A stretch of DNA of 48,860 bases from Nemertoderma westbladi (Eukaryota > Animalia > Xenacoelomorpha), in NCBI GenBank assembly GCA_032718475.1, contig JAUCBJ010002628.1:1-48860 (forward strand), read 5' to 3'. A program made the position numbers and the translations under genes. Shown in pieces: positions 13,001 to 25,000 of this stretch. Position 1 is the stretch's first letter. Each line of letters opens with the position of its first letter. The notes beneath the pieces were generated by a model that was given only the letters and a program-made list of their open reading frames with translations, was not told the origin of the DNA and ran no database searches.

Positions 13001-16000
13001 ATAACACAACTACAGTACTAGTGTACGAACACCGACAACCTGGGAGCTAATAACACAACTACTAGTGTACGAACACCGACAACCTGCGAGATAATAACAC
13101 AACTACTAGTGTACGAACACCGACAACCTGGGAGCTAATAACACAACTACTAGTGTACGAACACCGACAACCTGGGAGATAATAACACAACTACTAGTGT
13201 ACGAACACCGACAACCTGCGAGATAATAACACAACTACTAGTGTACGAACACCGACAACCTGCGAGATAATAACACAAATACTAGTGTACGAACACCGAC
13301 AACCTGGGAGCTAATAACACAACTACTAGTGTACGAACACCGACAACCTGGGAGATAATAACACAACTACTAGTGTACGAACACCGACAACCTGCGAGAT
13401 AATAACACAACTACTAGTGTACGAACACCGACAACCTGCTAGATAATAACACAACTACTAGTGTACGAACACCGACAACCTGCGAGATAATAACACAAAT
13501 ACTAGTGTACGAACACCGACAACCTGTGAGATAATAACACAACTACTAGTGTACGAACACCAACAACCTGCGAGATAATAACACAACTACTAGTGTATGA
13601 ACACCGACAACCTGCGAGATAATAACACAACTACTAGTGTACGAACACCGACAACCTGCGAGATAATAACACAACGACTAGTGTACGAACACCGACAACC
13701 TGCGAGATAATAACACAACTACTAGTGTACGAACACCGACTACCTGGGAGCTAATAACACAACTACAAGTGTACGGACACCGACAACCTGCGAGATAATA
13801 ACACAACTACTAGTGTACGAACACCGACAACCTGGGAGCTAATGACACAACTACTAGTGTACGAACACCGACAACCTGCGAGCTAATAACACAACTACTA
13901 GTGTACGAACACCGACAACCTGCGAGATAATAACACAACTACTAGTGTACGAACACCGACAACCTGGGAGCTAATAACACAACTACTAGTGTACGAACAC
14001 CGACAACCTGCGAGATAATAACACAACTACTAGTGTACGAACACCGACACCCTGCGAGATAATAACACAACTACTAGTGTACGAACACCGACAACCTGCG
14101 AGCTAATAACACAACTACTAGTGTACGAACACCGACAACCTGCGAGATAATAACACAACTACTAGTGTACGAACACCGACAACCTGCGAGATAATAACAC
14201 AACTACTAGTGTACGAACACCGACAACCTGCGAGATAATAACACAACTCCTAGTGTACGAACACCGACAACCTGGGAGATAATAACACAACTACTAGTGT
14301 ACGAACACCGACAACCTGGGAGCTAATAACACAACTACTAGTGTACGAACACCGACAACCTGCGAGATAATAGCACAACTACTAGTGTACGAACACCGAC
14401 AACCTGCGAGATAATAACACAACTACTAGTGTACGAACACCGACAACCTGGGAGATAATAAAACAACTACTAGTGTACGAACACCGACAACCTGGGAGCT
14501 AATAACACAACTACTAGTGAACGAACACCGCCAACCTGCGAGATAATAACACAACTACTAGTGTACGAACACCGACAACCTGCGAGCTAATAACACAACT
14601 ACTAGTGTACGAACACCGACAACCTGCGAGATAATAACACAACTACTAGTGTACGAACACCGACAACCTGGGAGCTAATAACACAACTACTAGTGTACGA
14701 ACACCGACAACCTGCGAGATAATAACACAACTACTAGTGTACGAACACCGACAACCTGCGAGATAATAACACAACTACTAGTGTACGAACACCGACAACC
14801 TGGGTGATAATAACACAACTACTAGTGTACGAACACCGACAACCTGGGAGATAATAACACAACTACTAGTGTACGAACACCGACAACATGGGAGCTAGGG
14901 AGCTAATAACACAACTACTAGTGTACGAACACCGACAACCTGCGAGATAATAACACAACTACTAGTGTACGAACACCGACAACCTGCGAGATAATAACAC
15001 AACGACTAGTGTACGAACAACGACAACCTGCGAGATAATAACACAACTACTAGTGTACGAACACCGACAACCTGCGAGATAATAACACAACTACTAGTGA
15101 ACGAACACCGACAACCTGCGAGCTAATAACACAACTACTAGTGTACGAACACCGACAACCTGCGAGATAATAACACAACTACTAGTGTACGAACACCGAC
15201 AACCTGCGAGCTAATAACACAACTACTAGTGTACGAACACCGACAACCTGCGAGATAATAACACAACTACTAGTGTACGAACACCGACAACCTGGGAGCT
15301 AATAACACAACTACTAGTGACGAACACCGACAACCTGCGAGATAATAACACAACTACTAGTGTACGAACACCGACAACCTGCGAGATAATAACACAACTA
15401 CTAGTGTACGAACACCGACAACCTGCGAGATAATAACACAACTACTAGTGTACGAACACCGACAACCTGCGAGCTAATAACACAACTACTAGTGTACGAA
15501 CACCGACATCCTGGGAGCTAATAACACAACTACTAGTGTACGGACACCGACAACCTGGGAGATAATAACACAACTACTAGTGTACGAACACCGACAACCT
15601 GCGAGATAATAACACAACTACTAGTGTACGAACACCGACAACCTGGGAGCTAATAACACAACTATTAGTGTACGAACACCGACAACCTGGGAGCTAATAA
15701 CACAACTACTAGTGTACGAACACCGACAACCTGCGAGATAATAACACAACTACTAGTGTACGAACACCGACAACCTGGGAGCTAATAACACAACTACTAG
15801 TGTACGAACACCGACAACCTGGGAGCTAATAACACAACTACTAGTGTACGAACACCGACAACCTGCGAGATAATAACACAACTACTAGTGTACGAACACC
15901 GAAAACCTGGGAGCTAATAACACAACTACTAGTGTACGAACACCGACAACCTGGGAGCTAATAAACAACTACTAGTGTACGAACACCGCCAACCTGCGAG

Positions 16001-19000
16001 CTAATAACACAACTACTAGTGTACGAACACCGACAACCTGGGAGCTAATAACACAACTATTAGTGTACGAACACCGACAACCTGCGAGCTAATAACACAA
16101 CTACTAGTGTACGAACACCGACAACCTGGGAGCTAATGACACAACTACTAGTGTACGAACACCGACAACCTGCGAGATAATAACACAACTACTAGTGTAC
16201 GAACACCGAAAACCTGGGAGCTAATAACACAACTATTAGTGTACGAACACCGACAACCTGGGAGCTAATAACACAACTACTAGTGTACGAACACCGACAA
16301 CCTACGAGATAATAACACAACTACTAGTGTACGAACACCGACAACCTGGGAGCTAATAACACAACTATTAGTGTACGAACACCGACAACCTGGGAGCTAA
16401 TAACACAACTACTAGTGTACGAACACCGACAACCTGGGAGCTAATAACACAACTATTAGTGTACGAACACCGACAACCTGGGAGCTAATAACACAACTAT
16501 TAGTGTACGAACACCGACAACCTGGGAGCTAATAACACAACTACTAGTGTACGAACACCGACAACCTGGGAGCTAATAACACAACTACTAGTGTACGAAC
16601 ACCGACAACCTGGGAGCTAATAACACAACTACTAGTGTACGAACACCGACAACCTGGGAGCTAATAACACAACTACTAGTGTACGAACACCGACAACCTG
16701 GGAGATAATAACACAACTACTAGTGTACGAACACCGACAACCTGGGAGCTAATAACACAACTACTAGTGTACGAACACCGACAACCTGCGAGATAATAGC
16801 ACAACTACTAGTGTACGAACACCGACAACCTGCGAGATAATAACACAACTACTAGTGTACGAACACCGACAACCTGGGAGATAATAAAACAACTACTAGT
16901 GTACGAACACCGACAACCTGGGAGCTAATAACACAACTACTAGTGTACGAACACCGCCAACCTGCGAGATAATAACACAACTACTAGTGTACGAACACCG
17001 ACAACCTGCGAGCTAATAACACAACTACTAGTGTACGAACACCGACAACCTGCGAGATAATAACACAACTACTAGTGTACGAACACCGACAACCTGGGAG
17101 CTAATAACACAACTACTAGTGTACGAACACCGACAACCTGCGAGATAATAATACAACTACTAGTGTACGAACACCGACAACCTGCGAGATAATAACACAA
17201 CTACTAGTGTACGAACACCGACAACCTGGGTGATAATAACACAACTACTAGTGTACGAACACCGACAACCTGGGAGATAATAACACAACTACTAGTGTAC
17301 GAACACCGACAACATGGGAGCTAGGGAGCTAATAACACAACTACTAGTGTACGAACACCGACAACCTGCGAGATAATAACACAACTACTAGTGTACGAAC
17401 ACCGACAACCTGCGAGATAATAACACAACGACTAGTGTACGAACAACGACAACCTGCGAGATAATAACACAACTACTAGTGTACGAACACCGACAACCTG
17501 CGAGATAATAACACAACTACTAGTGAACGAACACCGACAACCTGCGAGCTAATAACACAACTACTAGTGTACGAACACCGACAACCTGCGAGATAATAAC
17601 ACAACTACTAGTGTACGAACACCGACAACCTGCGAGCTAATAACACAACTACTAGTGTACGAACACCGACAACCTGCGAGATAATAACACAACTACTAGT
17701 GTACGAACACCGACAACCTGGGAGCTAATAACACAACTACTAGTGACGAACACCGACAACCTGCGAGATAATAACACAACTACTAGTGTACGAACACCGA
17801 CAACCTGCGAGATAATAACACAACTACTAGTGTACGAACACCGACAACCTGCGAGATAATAACACAACTACTAGTGTACGAACACCGACAACCTGCGAGC
17901 TAATAACACAACTACTAGTGTACGAACACCGACATCCTGGGAGCTAATAACACAACTACTAGTGTACGGACACCGACAACCTGGGAGATAATAACACAAC
18001 TACTAGTGTACGAACACCGACAACCTGCGAGATAATAACACAACTACTAGTGTACGAACACCGACAACCTGGGAGCTAATAACACAACTATTAGTGTACG
18101 AACACCGACAACCTGGGAGCTAATAACACAACTACTAGTGTACGAACACCGACAACCTGCGAGATAATAACACAACTACTAGTGTACGAACACCGACAAC
18201 CTGGGAGCTAATAACACAACTACTAGTGTACGAACACCGACAACCTGGGAGCTAATAACACAACTACTAGTGTACGAACACCGACAACCTGCGAGATAAT
18301 AACACAACTACTAGTGTACGAACACCGAAAACCTGGGAGCTAATAACACAACTACTAGTGTACGAACACCGACAACCTGGGAGCTAATAACACAACTACT
18401 AGTGTACGAACACCGCCAACCTGCGAGCTAATAACACAACTACTAGTGTACGAACACCGACAACCTGGGAGCTAATAACACAACTATTAGTGTACGAACA
18501 CCGACAACCTGCGAGCTAATAACACAACTACTAGTGTACGAACACCGACAACCTGGGAGCTAATGACACAACTACTAGTGTACGAACACCGACAACCTGC
18601 GAGATAATAACACAACTACTAGTGTACGAACACCGAAAACCTGGGAGCTAATAACACAACTATTAGTGTACGAACACCGACAACCTGGGAGCTAATAACA
18701 CAACTACTAGTGTACGAACACCGACAACCTACGAGATAATAACACAACTACTAGTGTACGAACACCGACAACCTGGGAGCTAATAACACAACTATTAGTG
18801 TACGAACACCGACAACCTGGGAGCTAATAACACAACTACTAGTGTACGAACACCGACAACCTGGGAGCTAATAACACAACTATTAGTGTACGAACACCGA
18901 CAACCTGGGAGCTAATAACACAACTATTAGTGTACGAACACCGACAACCTGGGAGCTAATAACACAACTACTAGTGTACGAACACCGACAACCTGGGAGC

Positions 19001-22000
19001 TAATAACACAACTACTAGTGTACGAACACCGACAACCTGGGAGCTAATAACACAACTACTAGTGTACGAACACCGACAACCTGGGAGCTAATAACACAAC
19101 TACTAGTGTACGAACACCGACAACCTGCGAGATAATAACACAACTACTAGTGTACGAACACCGACAACCTGGGAGCTAATAACACAACTAGTAGGCCTAC
19201 CGTTGACATTTATTAATTATCATTCGATTTAAGTCAAGAGACTGCAAATTACGTGATTGATTACTTTAATGATAATTCTTAAATTTTACCATCATTTTTT
19301 GTGTTAGGTAATTAATGTAATAATTAATTAATGTTAATAATTAATTCCAAAATAATTGTGTGTCAATTTCATTGAAAGATATCTTTTCCGGAACAGTCTC
19401 AAACTAGGGGTGCAACAGAGCTCCGGCTCCGGAAATCCGGTGCTCCGGGCCAATTTTCTGGTTCCGGCTCTGGTTCCGGCTCCGGGCAAATTAACGGTTC
19501 CGGCTCCGGGTAAACTACTCATTTCCCTTAAGTAATAATTGAACAATGAGGCGATATATGAATTCTCTCTCTCTATTTGCGTCAAATCCCACCCCACCGG
19601 CCACCCCACCGGCCACCCCACCGGCCACCCCCTGTCTCATTAACACATAACACATATCTGTCTACTATAATACATTGGAATTATCAATCTCCAAATCTCC
19701 GGCTCCGTCTCCTCCCGGAGCTCATATTGTAACCCGGAGAAAACTCCGGCTCTGGATGAAATTTTAGTTCCGTTGCACCCCTATCTCAAACTCTATATTA
19801 AGGGGGGCGTAGCGCATTTTCTGACCAAAAAGTCGAATTTTTGAAACATATCCTATCTGATGCAGAATTTCATGCTGAATCCAAATCTGGAATCCCTTTT
19901 CCCATATGTTGCTTAGTTTTCGAGATATCTGGGATAGAAGATACTGGCTCCGATACATTGCGATATCAGTAAAGGAGATGAAGTTTGGGGTTTGCATTCA
20001 ATTTCTGCAAATTTCTGTGCTCAGTGGTGCTAATTGGATGTCTCCACGAGAAAGAGCATAAAATTTTAATTGAGAAGGTATTTTTTTATGATTATTGGAC
20101 CTACTGATCAGTTTATAAGACAATTTCAAGTCTCCGGAATGAAGACGGGACTCGAATAAGCGACTCTGCGGTCTTTGCGGGATTACACGGAATAGACTTA
20201 TCGGTCATCGGAGATCTTCAAAATGTATAATCTCCAGTTCTAGTGGTCGTACGGAGTTGGTTTTGGGCTCATTCGAAAGCTCTTTTCTCAGAGAACAAAG
20301 TTACCATTTGGTTTGGCGAACTCTTGAAAGCTGCCTGAGCAATCATAACTGAAAAAAATTTGCAAGGCATATTTTACCCAAATTCATGTTATGTTGCTTT
20401 ACAACCATTTTATCTTAAATCAAATGGTAACTTTGTTCTCTAAGAAAAGAGCTTTCGAATGAGCCTAAAACGAACTTCGTACGACCACTAGAACTGGAGA
20501 TTATACATTTTGAAGATCTCCGATGACCGATAAGTCTATTCCGTGTAATCCCGCAAAGACCGCGAGTCGCTTATTCGAGTCCCATCTTCATTCCGGAGAC
20601 TTGAAGTTGTCTTATAAACTGACAAGTAGGTCCAATAATCATAAAAAAATACCTTCTCAACTAAAATTTTGTGCTCTTTCTCGTGGAGACACCCAATTGG
20701 CGCCAATGAGCACAGAAATTTGCAGAAATTGAATGCAAACCCAAACTTCATCGCCTTTACCGATATCGCGATATATCGGAGCCAGTATCTTCTATCCATG
20801 ATAACTCTTCTATCCATGAAAATTCTGCATCAGATAGGATATGTTTCAAAAATTCGTCTTTTTGGTCAGAAAATGCGCTACCCCCCCCCCCCCCCCCCCT
20901 TAAACAACTAATTGGATAAATATACAGTATATAACAAACTTCAAACAAAAATGATCAGGTGTGTCTCTGTCTACAAGAAAAAAATCGCGACTTTTTGAAC
21001 GTTTTGAAGAAAAACATTACAGTACAGTAGTAGGTGGGCCTACAATACAAAATAAACAAACTTACATCCTCAACGCTCCCTGTGCCAAACACTCGCAGTT
21101 CATCGGCATGAGGCCGCCATATACTGTTTGGGTTATTGGGATTGTTGGGTTTTATCGGCAACATTTGGTCGTCCAATAGTTCGGTAATAGGTGGATGGTC
21201 TAAGTCGTCGTCATCGCAATCATCTGTGAGTTTGGAGTTGAGCAAAATGTGGTTAGTATTTGTACGAAATGTGGTTAGTATTTGTACGAAATGTGGTTAG
21301 TATTTGTACGAAATGTGGTTAGTATTTGTACGAAATGTGGTTAGTATTTGTACAAAATGTGGTTAGTATTTGTACGAAATGTGGTTAGTATTTGTACAAA
21401 ATGTGGTTAATATTTATACAAAATGTGGTTAGTATTTGTACAAAATGTGGTTAGTATTTGTACGAAATGTGGTTAGTATTTGTACGAAATGTGGTTAGTA
21501 TTTGTACAAAATGTGGTTAATATTTATACAAAATGTGGTTAGTATTTGTACAAAATGTGGTTAGTATTTGTACGAAATGTGGTTAGTATTTGTACAAAAT
21601 GTGGTTAATATTTATACAAAATGTGGTTAGTATTTGTACGAAATGTGGTTAGTATTTGTACGAAATGTGGTTAGTATTTTTACAAAATGTGGTTAGAATT
21701 TGTACAAAATGTGGTTAGTATTTGTACAAAATGTGGTTAGTATTTGTACGAAATGTGGTTCGTATTTGTACAAAATGTGGTTAGAATTTGTACAAAATGT
21801 GGTTAGTATTTGTACAAAATGTGGTTAGTATTTGTACGAAATGTGGTTAGTATTTGTACAAAATGTGGTTAATATTTGTACAAAATGTGGTTAATATTTA
21901 TACAAAATGTGGTTAGTATTTGTACGAAATGTGGTTAGTATTTGTACAAAATGTGGTTAATATTTATACAAAATGTGGTTAGTATTTGTACGAAATGTGG

Positions 22001-25000
22001 TTAGTATTTGTACGAAATGTGGTTAGTATTTGTACGAAATGTGGTTAGTATTTGTACAAAATGTGGTTAGTATTTGTACGAAATGTGGTTAGTATTTGTA
22101 CAAAATGTGGTTAATATTTATACAAAATGTGGTTAGTATTTGTACGAAATGTGGTTAGTATTTGTACGAAATGTGGTTAGTATTTTTACAAAATGTGGTT
22201 AGAATTTGTACAAAATGTGGTTAGTATTTGTACAAAATGTGGTTAGTATTTGTACGAAATGTGGTTAGTATTTGTACAAAATGTGGTTAGTATTTATACA
22301 AAATGTGGTTAGTATTTGTACAAAATGTGGTTAGTATTTGTACGAAATGTGGTTAGTATTTGTACAAAATGTGGTTAATATTTATACAAAATGTGGTTAG
22401 TATTTGTACGAAATGTGGTTAGTATTTGTACAAAATGTGGTTAGTATTTGTACAAAATTTGGTTAGTATTTGTACAAAATGTGGTTAGTATTTGTTCAAA
22501 ATGTGGTTAGTATTTGTAAGAAATGTGGTTAGTATTTGTACGAAATGTGGTTAGTATTTGTACAAAATTTGGTTAGTATTTGTACGAAATGTGGTTAGTA
22601 TTTGTACGAAATGTGGTTAGTATTTGTACAAAATGTGGTTAGTACTTGTACAAAATGTGGTTAGTATTTGTATGAAATGTGGTTAGTATTTGTACAAAAT
22701 TTGGTTAGTATTTGTACGAAATGTGTGTAAAAGCTTATGCGGACAAAATAAGTCATTTTGCGCAATGCGCTAAATACTCTAAAAGGCTTATAATTTGTAC
22801 AACTACGTGTCTGTCAAAAAACTCAGAGTTGGGATGACAAAATCTCCAAGCTGTTCCTTTGTGTGAGGAATCTGCTTTGTTGACATATATTTAAGCCAAT
22901 CAGATCGATCTCCCTTCCTCTGTTTACAGTGGCCTATAAGAAATGACGCAATGCGGCAAATTCGGAGAATTCATTCATTCAGAACTGCTGAGGCCGAACT
23001 TAAAGCTGCAGCGGCGGAAGTTGAACGGAAAACTGCAGCTGCAGTGGCGGAAGTTGAACGGAAAGCTGCAGCAACAGCGGCGGAAGTCGAACTTAAAGCT
23101 GCCACAGTAGAAGTTGAAAGAAAGGCAGCTGAAGCCAAAGCACAACTAGAGTTAGAGAGCATTCAAGCGAGACAAGATTTCTTAAGTAAACAAAGGGCAG
23201 CTACTCAGATGCAATACCTAAGTCGATCTACTCCTAAAAGACATGGATTTACTACCTCCTCGGACGAAGGTACTACCACTGATTCCGAGTGTAGAAGCAA
23301 TAAATCCTATTCAAACGGACGTAGGAGAGCGCCCATACGACATAAGTTACCTAACTTGCCCCCCCCCCCTCCCCCCGGTGAGAAGGGAATTAGCTAATGC
23401 AGACTTAAGAGCTAGAGAGTCAATAACTCAAGTTGTACGATCAGATAGACTCCCTACTATAGTGGATGAGCCAGAAACAATTAGGCCTGCTATCAAAACT
23501 ACTCCTTTAATGGAGACCCTTTTGCTGCCTGAACACAACTCTGAGTTCCCTTTACACAGTACCAAACTTCCCTTGGCCAGTAGACAAATACCAGAGTCTC
23601 AGACCGGTATTGATACCGAGCAAAATTTGTTTATAAAAGGATTTCTCCTGTAGCCCCGATGTGCCATCCAGCTACCACGTTGGCGGCTCCCACACCTGCG
23701 GCTGAGTGGAAGGAGGAAGGGCGACAGGAGCTGAGAGAGTAGCTTGGGCACTTAGCCCAAACAAAGGCTCGATCTACTGAACAAGTCCGAGATTTGGAAG
23801 GAACTGTTAAATTATTAAAGGGAACAGTATGAGACAGTAAAATAGAGTTGCAAGAAGTGCAGCAACACATCACTCTCGAACGCGATAAATTAGTCAATAT
23901 ACAAATGGGTATACCACCACCCCCTGTAACGATGTCAGCCCTTTAGGCCTGAAGTACCTCATGCGCAAGGTGTGGAGCCTACATGCATCTATACTGCTAG
24001 TGAAGTAGAAACACCTATAGTAAACCATGTTAATAATATTAATAAACCTGTTGATAATGATATCCCATACCAATCTGATAATAATCCGAGACATTTATAT
24101 ACCGATAATTCGATATTAAATAGTACGATGGCTCAAGAGAGTTTCACGCATCAGATGGCTAGGACGGAAGCTCGTCAAGCTGTTAAGGTGGGAGAGGTTG
24201 TCAAGTTTAATGGAGATGAGATGAAATGGTTACCTTTTAATGAATATTACAAAGATAACTCTGTACTATCCAACGGAGAAAAACTACGATTCCTCATCGA
24301 GTGCTTGGAAGGTCCCCAAAAGTTAATGGCGTTAAAGTTTATTGGACATCCTGATGGATTAAGACAAGTCTGGGATACACTTAACATCAGGTATGGTAAT
24401 AGGACTAACATAGCTAGATATCTGTATGCGAAATTAGGAGCGCCCAGGAAGTTTCCTAGCAATGGGATTATAGAGTTTTACGATGAGATTCAGGAGATCT
24501 GTAGACAGTTAGACTGGTTGGGTAAGTCTCATGAATACCAAAGTTCTATGGTGGTAGGAGCTGTAGAGTCAACTTTGCCAAAGGGCGGAGTAGGTACTCG
24601 TTGGGACAAAAGGGTTTTATACTTTATGGACCAACATCAGAGAGATCCAACCATGGCGGACCTAATGTCGTTCTTAAACAGAGAGGTGAGATTACAGCTA
24701 ATAAAACAGTCTAGAGAGAAGACTCCAGAAACCAAGGTAAGTGAGAAACCTGTTACTAGGAGAAAGATAATACCAGTATGTTATACCGAGTATGAGAGTC
24801 AAACGTCCTTTGATGAAGACAGTGGCAAGGACACCAAAAGGACTTATTATACGAGTAAAGGTAAGGACAAAAGTAAACCCAAGGTTCGACCTAGTAACAA
24901 GGGAGAACAACTTAGAACTCCTCCTACGTCTCCCAAGAGAATTCCTGGTAGGAAGCCCGAAGAAAGAACTCACGTACAAAACACCATGCATACCAAGGTA

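Noticed and set aside
8796-19194. CRISPR array (also considered for the 40-, 41- and 36-bp arrays)
   Set aside because: Units are contiguous with no unique spacers, there are no cas genes, and the context is a eukaryotic intron
19764-20948. Short ORFs on both strands
   Set aside because: Mirror-image translations of the foldback arms with no protein motifs
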